Shown: positions 34,042 through 44,220, numbered from the stretch's first letter. The stretch is 64,000 nt of DNA from Candidatus Humimonas hydrogenitrophica (GCA_947581615.1 CANPVD010000053.1:89737-153736); one strand, 5' to 3'. The notes: a model not told the origin generated them from the letters alone. Numbers and translations are program-made.

Positions 34042-36189
34042 ATGCACGGCCCCGCCTCCGACCGCGCCTTCCGTGCGACCCTCGCGGCCGCCCTCGCCGT
34101 CCTGGCCACCTCAGCGTGCCTCGCCGGCGTCTCCACGCTCGCTCGGGCCCAGGATGCGAGCGCGGTGTCCACGAGCGGGCGTCTGACCCTGGACAAGTAC
34201 ATGGACATGGAGGGCGTGAGGGACCCGAGGCTGTCTCCCTCCGGCCGAGAGATCGCGTACGTGCGGAGCTGGATCGACCCGATGACCGACAGCCACAAGT
34301 CGGCTTTGTGGATCATGAACGCCGACGGCACCCGCAACCGCTACCTCGTCGAGGGGAGCTCCCCGCGCTGGTCGCCCTCGGGCGACCGCCTGGCCTTCCT
34401 GGCCTGCGGCACGGCCGGCGGGGACCGCAGCGCCCTGGAGGAGTGCGAGGAGGGCTCCCACCGCCAGGTCTACGTCCGCATCATGGAGGGAACGGGCGCG
34501 GGCTCGGTGACGCAGGTGACCCGGCTCACCGAGAGCGCCTCGGACGTGGCCTGGTCCCCGGACGGCGGGGCGCTCGCCTTCCGCTCCTTCGTGCCCTCGC
34601 GCCAGAAGTGGACGATCGACCTGCCGCACCGCCCCGAGGGCGCGAAGTGGACGCCCGACCCGCGGGTGGTGGATCGCCTGGACTACCGCGCGGACCGCCG
34701 GGGCTTCCTCCCGAAGGGCTTCCGCCACCTGTTCACGGTCCCGTCCACGGGCGGCACGCCCCGCCAGGTCACCGAAGGGAGCTGGGACGATGGGGCGCCC
34801 GCGTGGAGCCCCGACGGGAAGACCCTCTACTTCGACGGACTCCGGCTCCCGGACGCGGACTACCACCTGCGCGAGTCGGAGATCTACGCGGTGGACGTGG
34901 CCTCGAAGCAGGTCCGGCAGCTCACCCATCGACACGGACCCGACCACTCCCCGGTCGTGTCCCCGGACGGGAGACACATCGCCTACGTCGGGGTCGACTC
35001 CTCCCACTGGACCTACTCGGTGCAGAAGCTCCACGTCATGGGAGCCGACGGGTCCGCGCCCCACGCCGTCGAGGGGGGCCTGGACCGGAGTCCCTCCGAC
35101 GTCACCTGGGCGCCCGGCTCGGACGGCGTCTACTTCACGGCGGCCGACCACGGCGTGCACGACGTGTTCTACGCCGACGTCGAGGGCCACGTCCGCCGGG
35201 TGACCCATGGCGAGCACGTGCTGTCGCTGTCGGAGGTCGGGAAGGACGGCACGGCCGTCGGGGTGATGTCCACTCCGCACCGCCCTGGCGACGTCGTCTC
35301 CTTCGCCGTGGACCATCCTGATCCGCGGTGGCTCACGGCGGTGAACCGGGATGTCCTGGGCGATGTCGAGCTCGGGAACCTGGAAGAGATCGAATTCAGG
35401 TCGAAGGACGGTCTCCCGGTCCAGGGGTGGATCGTCAAGCCGCCCGACTTCGACCCGGCCAGGAAGTACCCGCTCATCCTCCACATTCACGGCGGGCCGT
35501 GGGCCATGTACGGCGTCGGGTTCAACTTCTCCTTCCAGGACTTCGCGGCCAACGACTACGTGGTCCTGTACGTCAACCCGCGCGGCTCCACCGGCTACGG
35601 CTCGGACTTCGTGCACGGGATCGAGCACGCTTATCCGGGCAAGGACTTCGACGACCTCATGGCGGGCGTGGACGAGGTCCTCAAGCGCGGCTACGTGAAC
35701 CCGAAGGACCTGTACGTGACCGGCTGCAGCGGCGGGGGCGCCCTGTCGGCGTGGACGGTGGGCCACACGCACCGGTTCGCGGCCGCCGTGGTGCGCTGCC
35801 CGGTCATCGACTGGCTCTCCTTCGTGGGGACGACGGACGGGCCCTACTGGTACCACAATTTCGCCCACTTCCCGTGGGAGGACCCGGCCGAGCACCTGGA
35901 GCGCTCGCCCCTCACCTATGCGGGGAACGTGACCACGCCCACGCTGCTCATGACCGGCGTGCTGGACATGCGCACGCCGATCTCGCAGACGGAGGAGTTC
36001 TACGACGCGCTCAAGATCCGGAAGGTGCCGACGAAAATGATCCGCATGAACCGGGAGTATCACGGCACCGGATCGCAGCCGTCCAACTTCCTGCGCACGC
36101 AGATCTACATCATGAAATGGTTCGGCGAGTACATGACGGACGACGTCGCCGCGGGCCGCAAGGACGGCCATCTGGCCGGGGGAGCCTAG
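34042..36189 (+). CDS. S9 family (acylaminoacyl/dipeptidyl) peptidase
   Basis: Signal peptide; WSPDG propeller repeats; IHGGP, NPRGSTGYG, GCSGGG, DMRTP, EYHG. Confidence 0.92.
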   Translation: MHGPASDRAFRATLAAALAVLATSACLAGVSTLARAQDASAVSTSGRLTLDKYMDMEGVRDPRLSPSGREIAYVRSWIDPMTDSHKSALWIMNADGTRNRYLVEGSSPRWSPSGDRLAFLACGTAGGDRSALEECEEGSHRQVYVRIMEGTGAGSVTQVTRLTESASDVAWSPDGGALAFRSFVPSRQKWTIDLPHRPEGAKWTPDPRVVDRLDYRADRRGFLPKGFRHLFTVPSTGGTPRQVTEGSWDDGAPAWSPDGKTLYFDGLRLPDADYHLRESEIYAVDVASKQVRQLTHRHGPDHSPVVSPDGRHIAYVGVDSSHWTYSVQKLHVMGADGSAPHAVEGGLDRSPSDVTWAPGSDGVYFTAADHGVHDVFYADVEGHVRRVTHGEHVLSLSEVGKDGTAVGVMSTPHRPGDVVSFAVDHPDPRWLTAVNRDVLGDVELGNLEEIEFRSKDGLPVQGWIVKPPDFDPARKYPLILHIHGGPWAMYGVGFNFSFQDFAANDYVVLYVNPRGSTGYGSDFVHGIEHAYPGKDFDDLMAGVDEVLKRGYVNPKDLYVTGCSGGGALSAWTVGHTHRFAAAVVRCPVIDWLSFVGTTDGPYWYHNFAHFPWEDPAEHLERSPLTYAGNVTTPTLLMTGVLDMRTPISQTEEFYDALKIRKVPTKMIRMNREYHGTGSQPSNFLRTQIYIMKWFGEYMTDDVAAGRKDGHLAGGA

Positions 36190-36241
36190 GTCTTCCGTCC
36201 GGCCGCCTGCGGCGCGGCGGTCTCGAGGGGGTGCGGCGGTC

Positions 36242-36733
36242 TCAGCCCAGGAGGGCCGCGCCCCCCACCACCAGGACCACCACCCCGACCGAGATCTTGA
36301 GCGCCGCCGAGGCGGCCCGCCCGAGGACGGCCCCCCAGCCCACCCGGGCCGCGGTCGGAGCGTGCCGCGTCTCCCACAGCGCCGCCGCCGCCGCTCCCAC
36401 GAACGTGCCGAGCACGCCCGCCACCAGGGTGCCCACCACCGGCACGGGGGTGCCGATCGCCGCGCCCACGAGTCCGCCCAGGATCGCCCCCCAGAACGCG
36501 CGTCCCGAGCCCCCGTAGCGCGCCGAGATGCGGCGCACCAGGGCCCACTCGGCGGCCTCCGCCGCCGCGACGAGCCCCACGAGGAGGGCCAGTGTGCCCC
36601 AGCCGACGCGTCCCACGACCGCTCCGGCGATCGGAACCAGCAGCATGAGCCAGGTGCCGGGCAGTCCGAGCGGGACGAGGAGCAGGCACAGGGCCATGAG
36701 AACAACCCCGAGGACCAGCACAAGGGTGGTCAT
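36242..36733 (-). CDS. DUF456-like membrane protein
   Basis: LVPLGLPGTWLM, RYGGSGRAFWGAILGGLVG..PVPVVG. Confidence 0.75.
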   Translation of the reverse strand: MTTLVLVLGVVLMALCLLLVPLGLPGTWLMLLVPIAGAVVGRVGWGTLALLVGLVAAAEAAEWALVRRISARYGGSGRAFWGAILGGLVGAAIGTPVPVVGTLVAGVLGTFVGAAAAALWETRHAPTAARVGWGAVLGRAASAALKISVGVVVLVVGGAALLG

Positions 36734-36859
36734 GGAACGATGCGGGCGCGCACTCCGTTGAAGGGACGGATCCCGGCCGCGTCCGGCTTGCGGCCGCCGG
36801 GAGCACGCTCCTATGGTGGCTGAGGCCGGACGGTCGCGCCAGTCCAGGGAGGTATCGCC

Positions 36860-37627
36860 GTGCACGAGCGCCTCGCATCCCGCACGGACCTCGTCGGCTT
36901 CACGGGGCTCATCGCCGCCCTCGTGGCCGTGTCCGGCGTCCTCCGCCCGGCCGCGGCGCAGGAGCCGGGCACGCTGGTGGGGCGCGTCGTCACCTCCTCC
37001 GACCGTGCGCCCGTCGCCGGGGCCCGAGTGGCCGTCGTCGGCGCGGGAGACACGGCCGTCACCGACGAGGACGGCCTGTTTCGATTCCGGGGCCTCACCG
37101 CCGGGTCCCTCGTCCTCCGTATCGAGTACCTGGGCATGCGGTCCCGAAACGTCCCCGTGGATCTCGATCCCCGGCGTCCCTCGTCCCTCGTGGTCGCCGT
37201 GCGAATGTCGGTGATCCCCGTGGCCGAGCTCTTCGTCGCGGTGGACCGCAGCCTGCCGGTGAGCAAGCTGTACGACTTCTACCGACGCATGGCCCACGGG
37301 CACGGCTACTTCTTCACGCGTGCGGACGTCCTGCGCAGGCACCCGGCCCGCGTCACGGACCTGCTGCAGCGGGTCCCGGGCATCGACGTGGGCCCACACC
37401 GGCTGGGGCGCATCTCGGTGACGATGGGGCGGCGGAAGGGCTGCGTGCCCGAGTATTATGTGGATGGGGCCCGGGCGCCCTACTTCGATCTGGACGACCT
37501 CCAGCCCGCCGACCTGGCCGGCCTCGAGGTCTACCGGGGGAACTCAGAGGTCCCACTAGAGTTCAAAGCGTTCGAACGATGTGGAGCGATCATCGTCTGG
37601 ACGCGGGATCCGGGGGCCGGGGACTGA
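36860..37627 (+). CDS. Exported carboxypeptidase-regulatory-like domain plus TonB-plug-like domain, no barrel (paralogue 1)
   Basis: GRVVT..PVAGARV..TDEDGLFRF; DLLQRVPGI; CVPEYYVDG; LEVYRG; CGAIIVWTR. Confidence 0.8.
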   Translation: MHERLASRTDLVGFTGLIAALVAVSGVLRPAAAQEPGTLVGRVVTSSDRAPVAGARVAVVGAGDTAVTDEDGLFRFRGLTAGSLVLRIEYLGMRSRNVPVDLDPRRPSSLVVAVRMSVIPVAELFVAVDRSLPVSKLYDFYRRMAHGHGYFFTRADVLRRHPARVTDLLQRVPGIDVGPHRLGRISVTMGRRKGCVPEYYVDGARAPYFDLDDLQPADLAGLEVYRGNSEVPLEFKAFERCGAIIVWTRDPGAGD

Positions 37628-37694
37628 CACACGGAGCCCGATGCCCCGGGCGGACGTGACCGCGCCCCGAACGCACCGGGAGGACGACGAGACC

Positions 37695-38519
37695 GTGCCC
37701 CGAAAGACCCACGCGCGACCCCGCCACCGGAGCTCCTCGGCTACCATCCTCCCGGCGATCCTCCCCCTCCTCCTGCTCCTGGCCTCGGCTCTCCCGTTGC
37801 GAGCCCAGAACAGGCAGGAGAAGAGCGAGCTTCCCGTCGACACGACGGCCACCCTGACGGGCACGGTCGTCTCGGCCATGACGGGCGGTCGCCTGGCCAA
37901 CGCGCGGGTCGTCCTGGTCACATCCGGCTTCGGTGCCTTCACGGACAGCACCGGGGCGTTCCGCATCCCCAGGGTCCCGGCCGGGCTGGACACGGTGGAA
38001 GTCTCGCTGCTGGGGTACGCCAGTGCCAAGGCCCCGCTCCTCCTCCAGAAGGGGGCGACCACCACGGCCACCTTCTCGCTGAGCCAGACCGTGCTGAGGG
38101 TGGAAGAGCTCCACGTGGAGGTGAAGCGGGCCGCCGGCATGGGCAAGCTGGCGCAGTTCGACGAGCACCGCCTCCACGGGCTGGGGTTCTACATCACCCC
38201 GAAGATGATCGAGCAGCGCCACGCCCAGCACCCCAGCGACCTCCTGCGCATGGTGCCCGGTCTCGAGGTCGGTGCCTACAACCTGGGCCACGCCAACGTC
38301 CGGGTGGTCCGGGCCACGCTCAACTGCAATCCGCCGATCTACGTGGACGGCATCCTGAGCCCCAGCCTGTCGATCGACGACCTGAACCGTGACGACATCA
38401 TGGCCATCGAGGTCTACCGCGGGCCGTCCGAGACGCCGGCGGAGTACGAACAGGGGCGCAACAACTGTGGGGCCGTGGTCGTGTGGACGCACGAAGGGGG
38501 CACGCAGGATGGGCACTGA
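37695..38519 (+). CDS. Carboxypeptidase-regulatory-like plus plug-like protein (paralogue 2)
   Basis: LTGTVVSAMTGG; DLLRMVPGL; CNPPIYVDG; IEVYRG; CGAVVVWT. Confidence 0.8.
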   Translation: MPRKTHARPRHRSSSATILPAILPLLLLLASALPLRAQNRQEKSELPVDTTATLTGTVVSAMTGGRLANARVVLVTSGFGAFTDSTGAFRIPRVPAGLDTVEVSLLGYASAKAPLLLQKGATTTATFSLSQTVLRVEELHVEVKRAAGMGKLAQFDEHRLHGLGFYITPKMIEQRHAQHPSDLLRMVPGLEVGAYNLGHANVRVVRATLNCNPPIYVDGILSPSLSIDDLNRDDIMAIEVYRGPSETPAEYEQGRNNCGAVVVWTHEGGTQDGH

Positions 38520-39378
38520 GGTGGCCGGGCGGGACGGGCGTGCGGCGCGGGTCGCCGGCGCCGGGCTCGCATGGCTCCTGTACACCCTGCTCCTTCCGGC
38601 TGGCGCCACGGCCCAGCAGTCGGGCGCCGACTCCGCCGCCGCGGCGGGCTCGGACACGGCGGGGACGGCCATCCGGGCCGGGGAGCGCACGGCGACCCTG
38701 GAGGGCACGGTGGTGTCGGCCATGACGGGGGGCCCTCTCTCCAACGCGCTGGTGTCGCTCAAGGGGACGCAGCTGGGAGCTTACTCGGACAGCACCGGCC
38801 ACTTCGTCATCGAAGACGCGCCGGCCGGCCTCCTGCCCGTGGACGTGCGCCTCCTGGGCTTCGCCGACCAGGAGGTCCAGGTCAGGCTGCAGGCCCGCGC
38901 CATCACGCACGTCACCCTGCTCCTGAGCCAGACGGTGCTGAAGGTCGAGGCGCTCCACGTGGAGGTCAAGGCGGCTCCGACCGAGGCCAAGGAGCTCAAG
39001 GGGTTCTATGCTCGCATGCACCGCACGGCGGGCTACTTCATCACGCCCCAGATGGTCAAGAAGCTGGCCCCCGAGCACCCGACCGACCTGCTCCGGGTCG
39101 TACCGGGCGTGCAGGTCGGTCCGTGGCAGCTGGGCCAGGGCGCGCCGGTCTACTTCACCCGCAGCCGGTTCGACTGCAATCCCTACCTGATCGTGGACGG
39201 CCTCCGCATGCGCGACATGACCATGGACGACCTCAACGAGGCGGATATCCTGGCCGTCGAGGTCTACCACGGTCCGTCGGAGACGCCTCCCGCCTTCCGG
39301 TTCGAGGAGGGCTCGTGCGGCACGATCGTCGTGTGGACCCGGAGCGGGGGCGCCCCGGCCGACACGACGGGAGGCTGA
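38509..39378 (+). CDS. Carboxypeptidase-regulatory-like plus plug-like protein (paralogue 3)
   Basis: LEGTVVSAMTGG; DLLRVVPGV; CNPYLIVDG; VEVYHG; CGTIVVWTR. Confidence 0.8.
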   Translation: MGTEVAGRDGRAARVAGAGLAWLLYTLLLPAGATAQQSGADSAAAAGSDTAGTAIRAGERTATLEGTVVSAMTGGPLSNALVSLKGTQLGAYSDSTGHFVIEDAPAGLLPVDVRLLGFADQEVQVRLQARAITHVTLLLSQTVLKVEALHVEVKAAPTEAKELKGFYARMHRTAGYFITPQMVKKLAPEHPTDLLRVVPGVQVGPWQLGQGAPVYFTRSRFDCNPYLIVDGLRMRDMTMDDLNEADILAVEVYHGPSETPPAFRFEEGSCGTIVVWTRSGGAPADTTGG

Positions 39379-39400
39379 GCGGCGGCGCGGCGCCGGCCTC

Positions 39401-39817
39401 CTAGGGCTCGATCACGATCTCGACCTGCGCGGTCTCGCGGAGCTCGGGGTCGAGCGAATGGTAGACGCTGCAGTACTTGTCCAGCGACAACGCCACGGCC
39501 CTCTCCACCTTCGCCCGGTCCACGTCGCCCCGCACCCTGAAGCGCAGGCGTAGCCTCGTGTAGCGCCGCGGCGGCTCCTCCCTCCGCTCGCCCCCCATCT
39601 CCACCGTGAGTCCCTCCAGCGGCTGGCGGCCCTTGCGCAGGATGTCGACCACGTCGATGGCCGAGCAGGCGCCGATGGCCTCCAGGAGCAGCTGCGTGGG
39701 CGAGGCGCCCGCCTGGCCGTCCCCGTCGATCGACGTCACCTTGCCACCCCGCGTGACCCCCTCCAGCCGGAAATCGTCCTGCCACGTCAGGGTGACCATC
39801 GCGTCCCGTCGCTCCAT
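39401..39817 (-). CDS. OsmC/YhfA family protein
   Basis: GASPTQLLL.AIGACSAIDVV.IL.K; LSLDKYCSV. Confidence 0.88.
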   Translation of the reverse strand: MERRDAMVTLTWQDDFRLEGVTRGGKVTSIDGDGQAGASPTQLLLEAIGACSAIDVVDILRKGRQPLEGLTVEMGGERREEPPRRYTRLRLRFRVRGDVDRAKVERAVALSLDKYCSVYHSLDPELRETAQVEIVIEP

Positions 39818-39995
39818 GCCCTCTTTCTCTCCTGCTCGCCTCGATCGACGCTCGCCCCGCGCCCGTTGCGGAGCCTCTGCGAGGCAGGAATGTTGAGCCG
39901 TACGGACCCGGCCGCCACTGCGGCCCCTCCGCGAGACCCGTCCCTGAAACCCGCCCTCGGGAGCATCCGTAGGTCGGGGTGGAGGTGATACGAAC

Positions 39996-40271
39996 ATGAT
40001 CGAGATGCTGATGATGGGCGTGGCTGGCGCGGGCGTGGTGACGGGCTACATCGCCGTGCGCCGGTTCGTGCGCGACCGACTTCGCTACGTGGATGCCGTG
40101 CGCAAGCCGTCGGCCCCCTTCGTGGCCGGCGCGGTGGCCACCCTGGCCGCGGCGCCGGTGGCGTGGATCCTCCCCGTCATCGGCGGGGGATCGGCGATCC
40201 TGTTCGGCCTGGCCATAGGGGCGGGCGTCGCCTCCGGTCGCCGCGACATGAAGCGGCTGCCGCCAGGCTGA
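39996..40271 (+). CDS. Small membrane protein of unknown function
   Basis: GGAGGTG RBS; hydrophobic segments; GC-rich third codon positions. Confidence 0.7.
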   Translation: MIEMLMMGVAGAGVVTGYIAVRRFVRDRLRYVDAVRKPSAPFVAGAVATLAAAPVAWILPVIGGGSAILFGLAIGAGVASGRRDMKRLPPG

Positions 40272-40362
40272 GCCCCCGGCGGCGGCCCTTGCCGCCGCGG
40301 GGCGTCCCCCCGACCTTGCGCCGCTCTGGGGCGGTCCGGGTTCCGCGGCGCGGAGGACGAGG

Positions 40363-41316
40363 TTGGGGGGAGACGGAATCCAGGAACGATCGGAGGGCTG
40401 GCGCGTGGGCGTCGCCCTGGCCGTCGTCTACCTGGTGTGGGGCTCCACCTTCCTGGCCATCCGCTTCGCCGTCCGCACCCTCCCTCCCCTGCTCATGGCC
40501 GGGACCCGTTACTCCGTGGCCGGGGGCGTCCTGTATGGCTTCTTGAGGCTGAAGGGCGCCCGTCCGCCGTCGCGCTCGCAGTGGCTCGGCGCCCTCGTGG
40601 TGGGGGCCCTCATGATCGGACTCGGGAACGGCCTCCTCACCTGGTCGGAGCTCGTGCTCCCGTCGGGCACGGCGGCCCTCCTGGTGGCCGCCATGCCGTT
40701 GTGGATGGTGCTCCTGGACTGGCTCGTCTTCGGCGGGAGGCGGCCGCGGCTCCCGGTCGCCGTCGGCATCGTGGCGGGGTTCGCCGGGGTGGCCCTTCTC
40801 CTCGGTCCCTCGCGCGGCTCGGGCGGGGGACACGCCGCCCTGCTCGGCGGCATCGCGATCCTGGTCGGCACCCTGGGGTGGGCCTACGGGTCCCTGTGGT
40901 CGCGGGGCGCCGCCATGGCCGACCCACCGCTTCTCGGAACGGCGTCGCACATGCTCGCCGGCGGCCTGACCCTGGTGACCGCGGGCCTTCTTCTGGGCGA
41001 AGGGCACGGCCTGTCGCTGCGCGCCGCCTCGACGCGCTCGCTCCTCAGCTTCGCCTACCTGGTCGTGATGGGCTCGCTGGTCACCTACACCACCTACATG
41101 TGGCTCCTGCGTCACGCGCAGGCGTCGCTGGTCAGCACCTACGCCTACGTGAATCCGGTGGTGGCCGTGTTCCTGGGCTGGCTGCTGGCCGGCGAGGCCG
41201 TCACGGCTCGCACGCTGGTGGCCGCCGCCGTCATCGTGGGCGCGGTAGCCGTCATCGTGACCTTCCGGCGCCCTCCCCGACCGCGTGCGGCCGGGGCGCG
41301 GGGCCGATTAGATTGA
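40363..41316 (+). CDS. EamA/DMT transporter (YedA-like)
   Basis: VYLVWGSTFLAIR, STYAYVNPVVAVFLG; start uncertain. Confidence 0.9.
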   Translation: MGGDGIQERSEGWRVGVALAVVYLVWGSTFLAIRFAVRTLPPLLMAGTRYSVAGGVLYGFLRLKGARPPSRSQWLGALVVGALMIGLGNGLLTWSELVLPSGTAALLVAAMPLWMVLLDWLVFGGRRPRLPVAVGIVAGFAGVALLLGPSRGSGGGHAALLGGIAILVGTLGWAYGSLWSRGAAMADPPLLGTASHMLAGGLTLVTAGLLLGEGHGLSLRAASTRSLLSFAYLVVMGSLVTYTTYMWLLRHAQASLVSTYAYVNPVVAVFLGWLLAGEAVTARTLVAAAVIVGAVAVIVTFRRPPRPRAAGARGRLD

Positions 41317-41366
41317 CCGCGGTTCCACCCAGGTACGACACGCTCCCGCACCCGACGGAGGCGAGC

Positions 41367-42236
41367 ATGCGCGAACCGATCTACCTGACCCTACTCCTGA
41401 GCGCCGCCGTGTGGGCCTGCGGCGGCCCGCGGGACGCCCGGGCCCGCGAGGAGGGTGGCCGCCGCTACGAGGAGCGCGTGGCCAGCGAGCACGTCGGGGA
41501 CCGCCCCACCGCCAGCCCGGCGGCGCGGAGCCTGCCCCACGTCGACGTGGCGGACACCACGGTGACGTACGGAACCGTGGACGGCCGGGCGCTCACCGGC
41601 TTCCTGGCCACGCCCCGGGATGGGAACGCCACCGGGCCCGCGATCCTCGTCATCCACGAGTGGTGGGGCCTCAACGACAACATCCGCGCCATGGCCCGCC
41701 GGCTGGCCGGGGAGGGCTATACGGCCCTGGCCGTGGACCTGTACGGCGGCCGGGTGGCCGAGACCGCGGACCAGGCCATGGAGCTGGTGCGCGCGGTCGA
41801 CGAGACCGCGGCGAAGGCCAACCTGCGGGCGGCGTACCGCTACCTGGTGGGACGAGGGGCCGGAAGGATCGGCGTGATCGGATGGTGCTTCGGTGGAGGC
41901 TGGAGCCTGCAGACCGCCCTCCTGTTCCCCGACGGCCTGGACGCGGCCGTCATCTACTACGGCCACCTCGTGACCGACCCGGCGAAGCTCGCCGGACTGG
42001 GCGTGCCGATAGAGGGGCACTTCGGGGCGGAGGACTCGTCGATTCCGGTGAAGGAGGTACGGCGCTTCGGAGAGATCCTGGATTCTCTGGGCGTTGCGGA
42101 GCACATGTACGTCTACGAAGGGGCCGGGCACGCGTTCGCCAACCCGTCCGGGACGCGCTACGTGAAGGCGGCGGCGGACACCGCCTGGACGCGCACGCTG
42201 GCCTTCCTGGCCGGGCACCTGAAGAGCGGGACCTGA
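41367..42236 (+). CDS. Dienelactone hydrolase family lipoprotein
   Basis: Lipobox VWAC; HEWWGLN, GWCFGG, GHAFAN. Confidence 0.9.
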   Translation: MREPIYLTLLLSAAVWACGGPRDARAREEGGRRYEERVASEHVGDRPTASPAARSLPHVDVADTTVTYGTVDGRALTGFLATPRDGNATGPAILVIHEWWGLNDNIRAMARRLAGEGYTALAVDLYGGRVAETADQAMELVRAVDETAAKANLRAAYRYLVGRGAGRIGVIGWCFGGGWSLQTALLFPDGLDAAVIYYGHLVTDPAKLAGLGVPIEGHFGAEDSSIPVKEVRRFGEILDSLGVAEHMYVYEGAGHAFANPSGTRYVKAAADTAWTRTLAFLAGHLKSGT

Positions 42237-42240
42237 CCGC

Positions 42241-43059
42241 GTGGAGATCCGGCCCCTCGCAGACTGGAGCGAGTACCGGGCCTGCGAGGCCCTGCAGCGC
42301 GAGGTGTGGGGGGAAGCGTTCACCGAGCTGGCCCCGGCCAGTCTCCTCAAGATCGCCCAGCACGTCGGTGGGGTCACCTCGGGTGCCTTCGACGAGACGG
42401 GGGCGCTGGCGGGATTCGTGTACGGTCTCACCGGCCTCGAGGACGGCCGGCCGGTGCACTGGTCCCACATGCTCGCCGTGCGGGAGACCCACCGCGGGCG
42501 GGGCCTGGGGAGGGCCCTGAAGCGACACCAGCGCGAGCGGCTCGTGGCGGCCGACATCCGGACGTGCTACTGGACCTATGACCCTATCATGTCGTCGAAT
42601 GCACACCTCAATCTGAACCATTTTCTAGCAAGAGTGGATCGCTACGTGGTGGACATGTACGGGGAGACCGGCAGCCACCTGCACGAGGGGCTGGGCACCG
42701 ACCGGTTCGTGGTGGTGTGGCCTCTGGACGAAAGCGCGCCGGACCCGTTCGACGCCGCGGACCCGGAGCGCGCCCTGCGCGAGGCCGAGCTCGGGAGGTT
42801 CACCGCGGCGCCGCTGGCCAACCCCGGCGGCGCGGAGGACACCCCGCTCCCCGACGGCCCGGCGGTCCGGGTGGCGATCCCGGCCGACGTCCTCGCGGTG
42901 CGCCACCGGGACCCCGGGGCCGCCCGCCGGTGGCGCACCTCCACGCGCCGCGCCTTCCGTCACTACCTGGGGGCCGGCTACCGGGTGGCGGGATACGTGC
43001 CCCCGGCCCCCGGCGACCCGGAGGGACACTATGTCGTGCTCCCTGGTGAACCTCCGTGA
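42241..43059 (+). CDS. GNAT acyltransferase, candidate D-amino-acid N-succinyltransferase
   Basis: LQREVWG, HWSHMLAV, RGRGLGRALK, WTYDP, NAHLN, TDRF; overlaps the NSAR/OSBS gene. Confidence 0.8.
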   Translation: MEIRPLADWSEYRACEALQREVWGEAFTELAPASLLKIAQHVGGVTSGAFDETGALAGFVYGLTGLEDGRPVHWSHMLAVRETHRGRGLGRALKRHQRERLVAADIRTCYWTYDPIMSSNAHLNLNHFLARVDRYVVDMYGETGSHLHEGLGTDRFVVVWPLDESAPDPFDAADPERALREAELGRFTAAPLANPGGAEDTPLPDGPAVRVAIPADVLAVRHRDPGAARRWRTSTRRAFRHYLGAGYRVAGYVPPAPGDPEGHYVVLPGEPP

Positions 43060-44189
43060 TCCCGCCCCTCCGTGCCGACCGCCTCGTGCTGCGCGAGCTG
43101 AGCATGCCCCTGCGGCAGCCGTTCCGCATCTCCTCGGGCGAGATGTCCGATCGGCGCGTGTTCCTCCTCGAGCTTCGCCACCCGGACGGGGCGGTGGGAT
43201 GGGGCGAGTGCGTGGCGGGCACGAGGCCCAACTACAGTCCCGAGACCACCGACACGGCGTGGCTGGCCATCACCCGCTGGCTGGCGCCCCGGGCGCTGGG
43301 ACGGGAGTTCGCCGGTGCCCGGGACGTGGCTCCCGTCCTCGCCGAGGACATCCGGGGGCACCTGATGGCGAAGGCCGCCGTCGAGATGAGCTTCTGGGCC
43401 CTCGAGGCCGACCTCCGGGGCGAGCCGCTGGCGCGGCTCCTGGGCGGCACGCGCGACCGGGTCGCGGCGGGCATTTCGCTGGGCATCCAGGAGAGCCCCG
43501 CCGCCCTGGCCGAGAAGGTGTCCGCGGGCCGGGACGAGGGCTACCGGCGGATCAAGGTCAAGATCGAGCCGGAACGCGACGTGGCCTTCGTGGCCGCGGC
43601 CCGGGCCGCGGCCGGACCGGACCTGCCCCTCAGCGCCGACGCCAACGCGGCCTACGGACGCGGGGACGCCGAGCGGCTCGCGGAGCTCGACCCCTTCGGC
43701 CTGGTCTACCTGGAGCAGCCGCTCGAGGCGGACGACTTCCTGGGCCTGGCGCGGCTGCAGGCGAGGCTGCGGACGCCGCTGTGCCTGGACGAGTCGATCG
43801 AGTCGGCCGCCCGGGCCGCGGACATGCTGGAGCTGGACGCCGGGCGGGTCATCAACCTCAAGCCCGGCCGTGTGGGCGGCTTCGCCTCCTCGCTGGCCAT
43901 CCACGAGCTGTGCCGCGAGCGCGGTGTCCCCCTGTGGTGCGGCGGCATGCTCGAGAGCGGCATCGGTCGGGCGCACAACGTGGCGCTCGCCTCCCTGCCC
44001 GGCTTCACGCTGCCGGGCGACCTGTCGGCCAGCGCCCGTTACTGGGAGCGCGACATCGTCCGGCCCGAGTGGATGCTCGAGGCCGACGGGACGCTGCGGG
44101 TCCCGCTCGAGGAACCGGGCATCGGTGTCGCGGTCGACCTGGACCGGATCGACGATCTCACGGTGCGAAGGGAGATCATCGAGGCCTGA
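43056..44189 (+). CDS. menC: o-succinylbenzoate synthase / N-succinylamino-acid racemase (enolase superfamily)
   Basis: GWGEC, RIKVKI, DAN, EQP, LDES, NLKPGRVGG, WCGGMLESGIGRA, LPGDLS. Confidence 0.88.
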   Translation: MIPPLRADRLVLRELSMPLRQPFRISSGEMSDRRVFLLELRHPDGAVGWGECVAGTRPNYSPETTDTAWLAITRWLAPRALGREFAGARDVAPVLAEDIRGHLMAKAAVEMSFWALEADLRGEPLARLLGGTRDRVAAGISLGIQESPAALAEKVSAGRDEGYRRIKVKIEPERDVAFVAAARAAAGPDLPLSADANAAYGRGDAERLAELDPFGLVYLEQPLEADDFLGLARLQARLRTPLCLDESIESAARAADMLELDAGRVINLKPGRVGGFASSLAIHELCRERGVPLWCGGMLESGIGRAHNVALASLPGFTLPGDLSASARYWERDIVRPEWMLEADGTLRVPLEEPGIGVAVDLDRIDDLTVRREIIEA

Positions 44190-44220
44190 GGAGAGCCGGC
44201 CGCGGCCCCGACCCCGGGCC

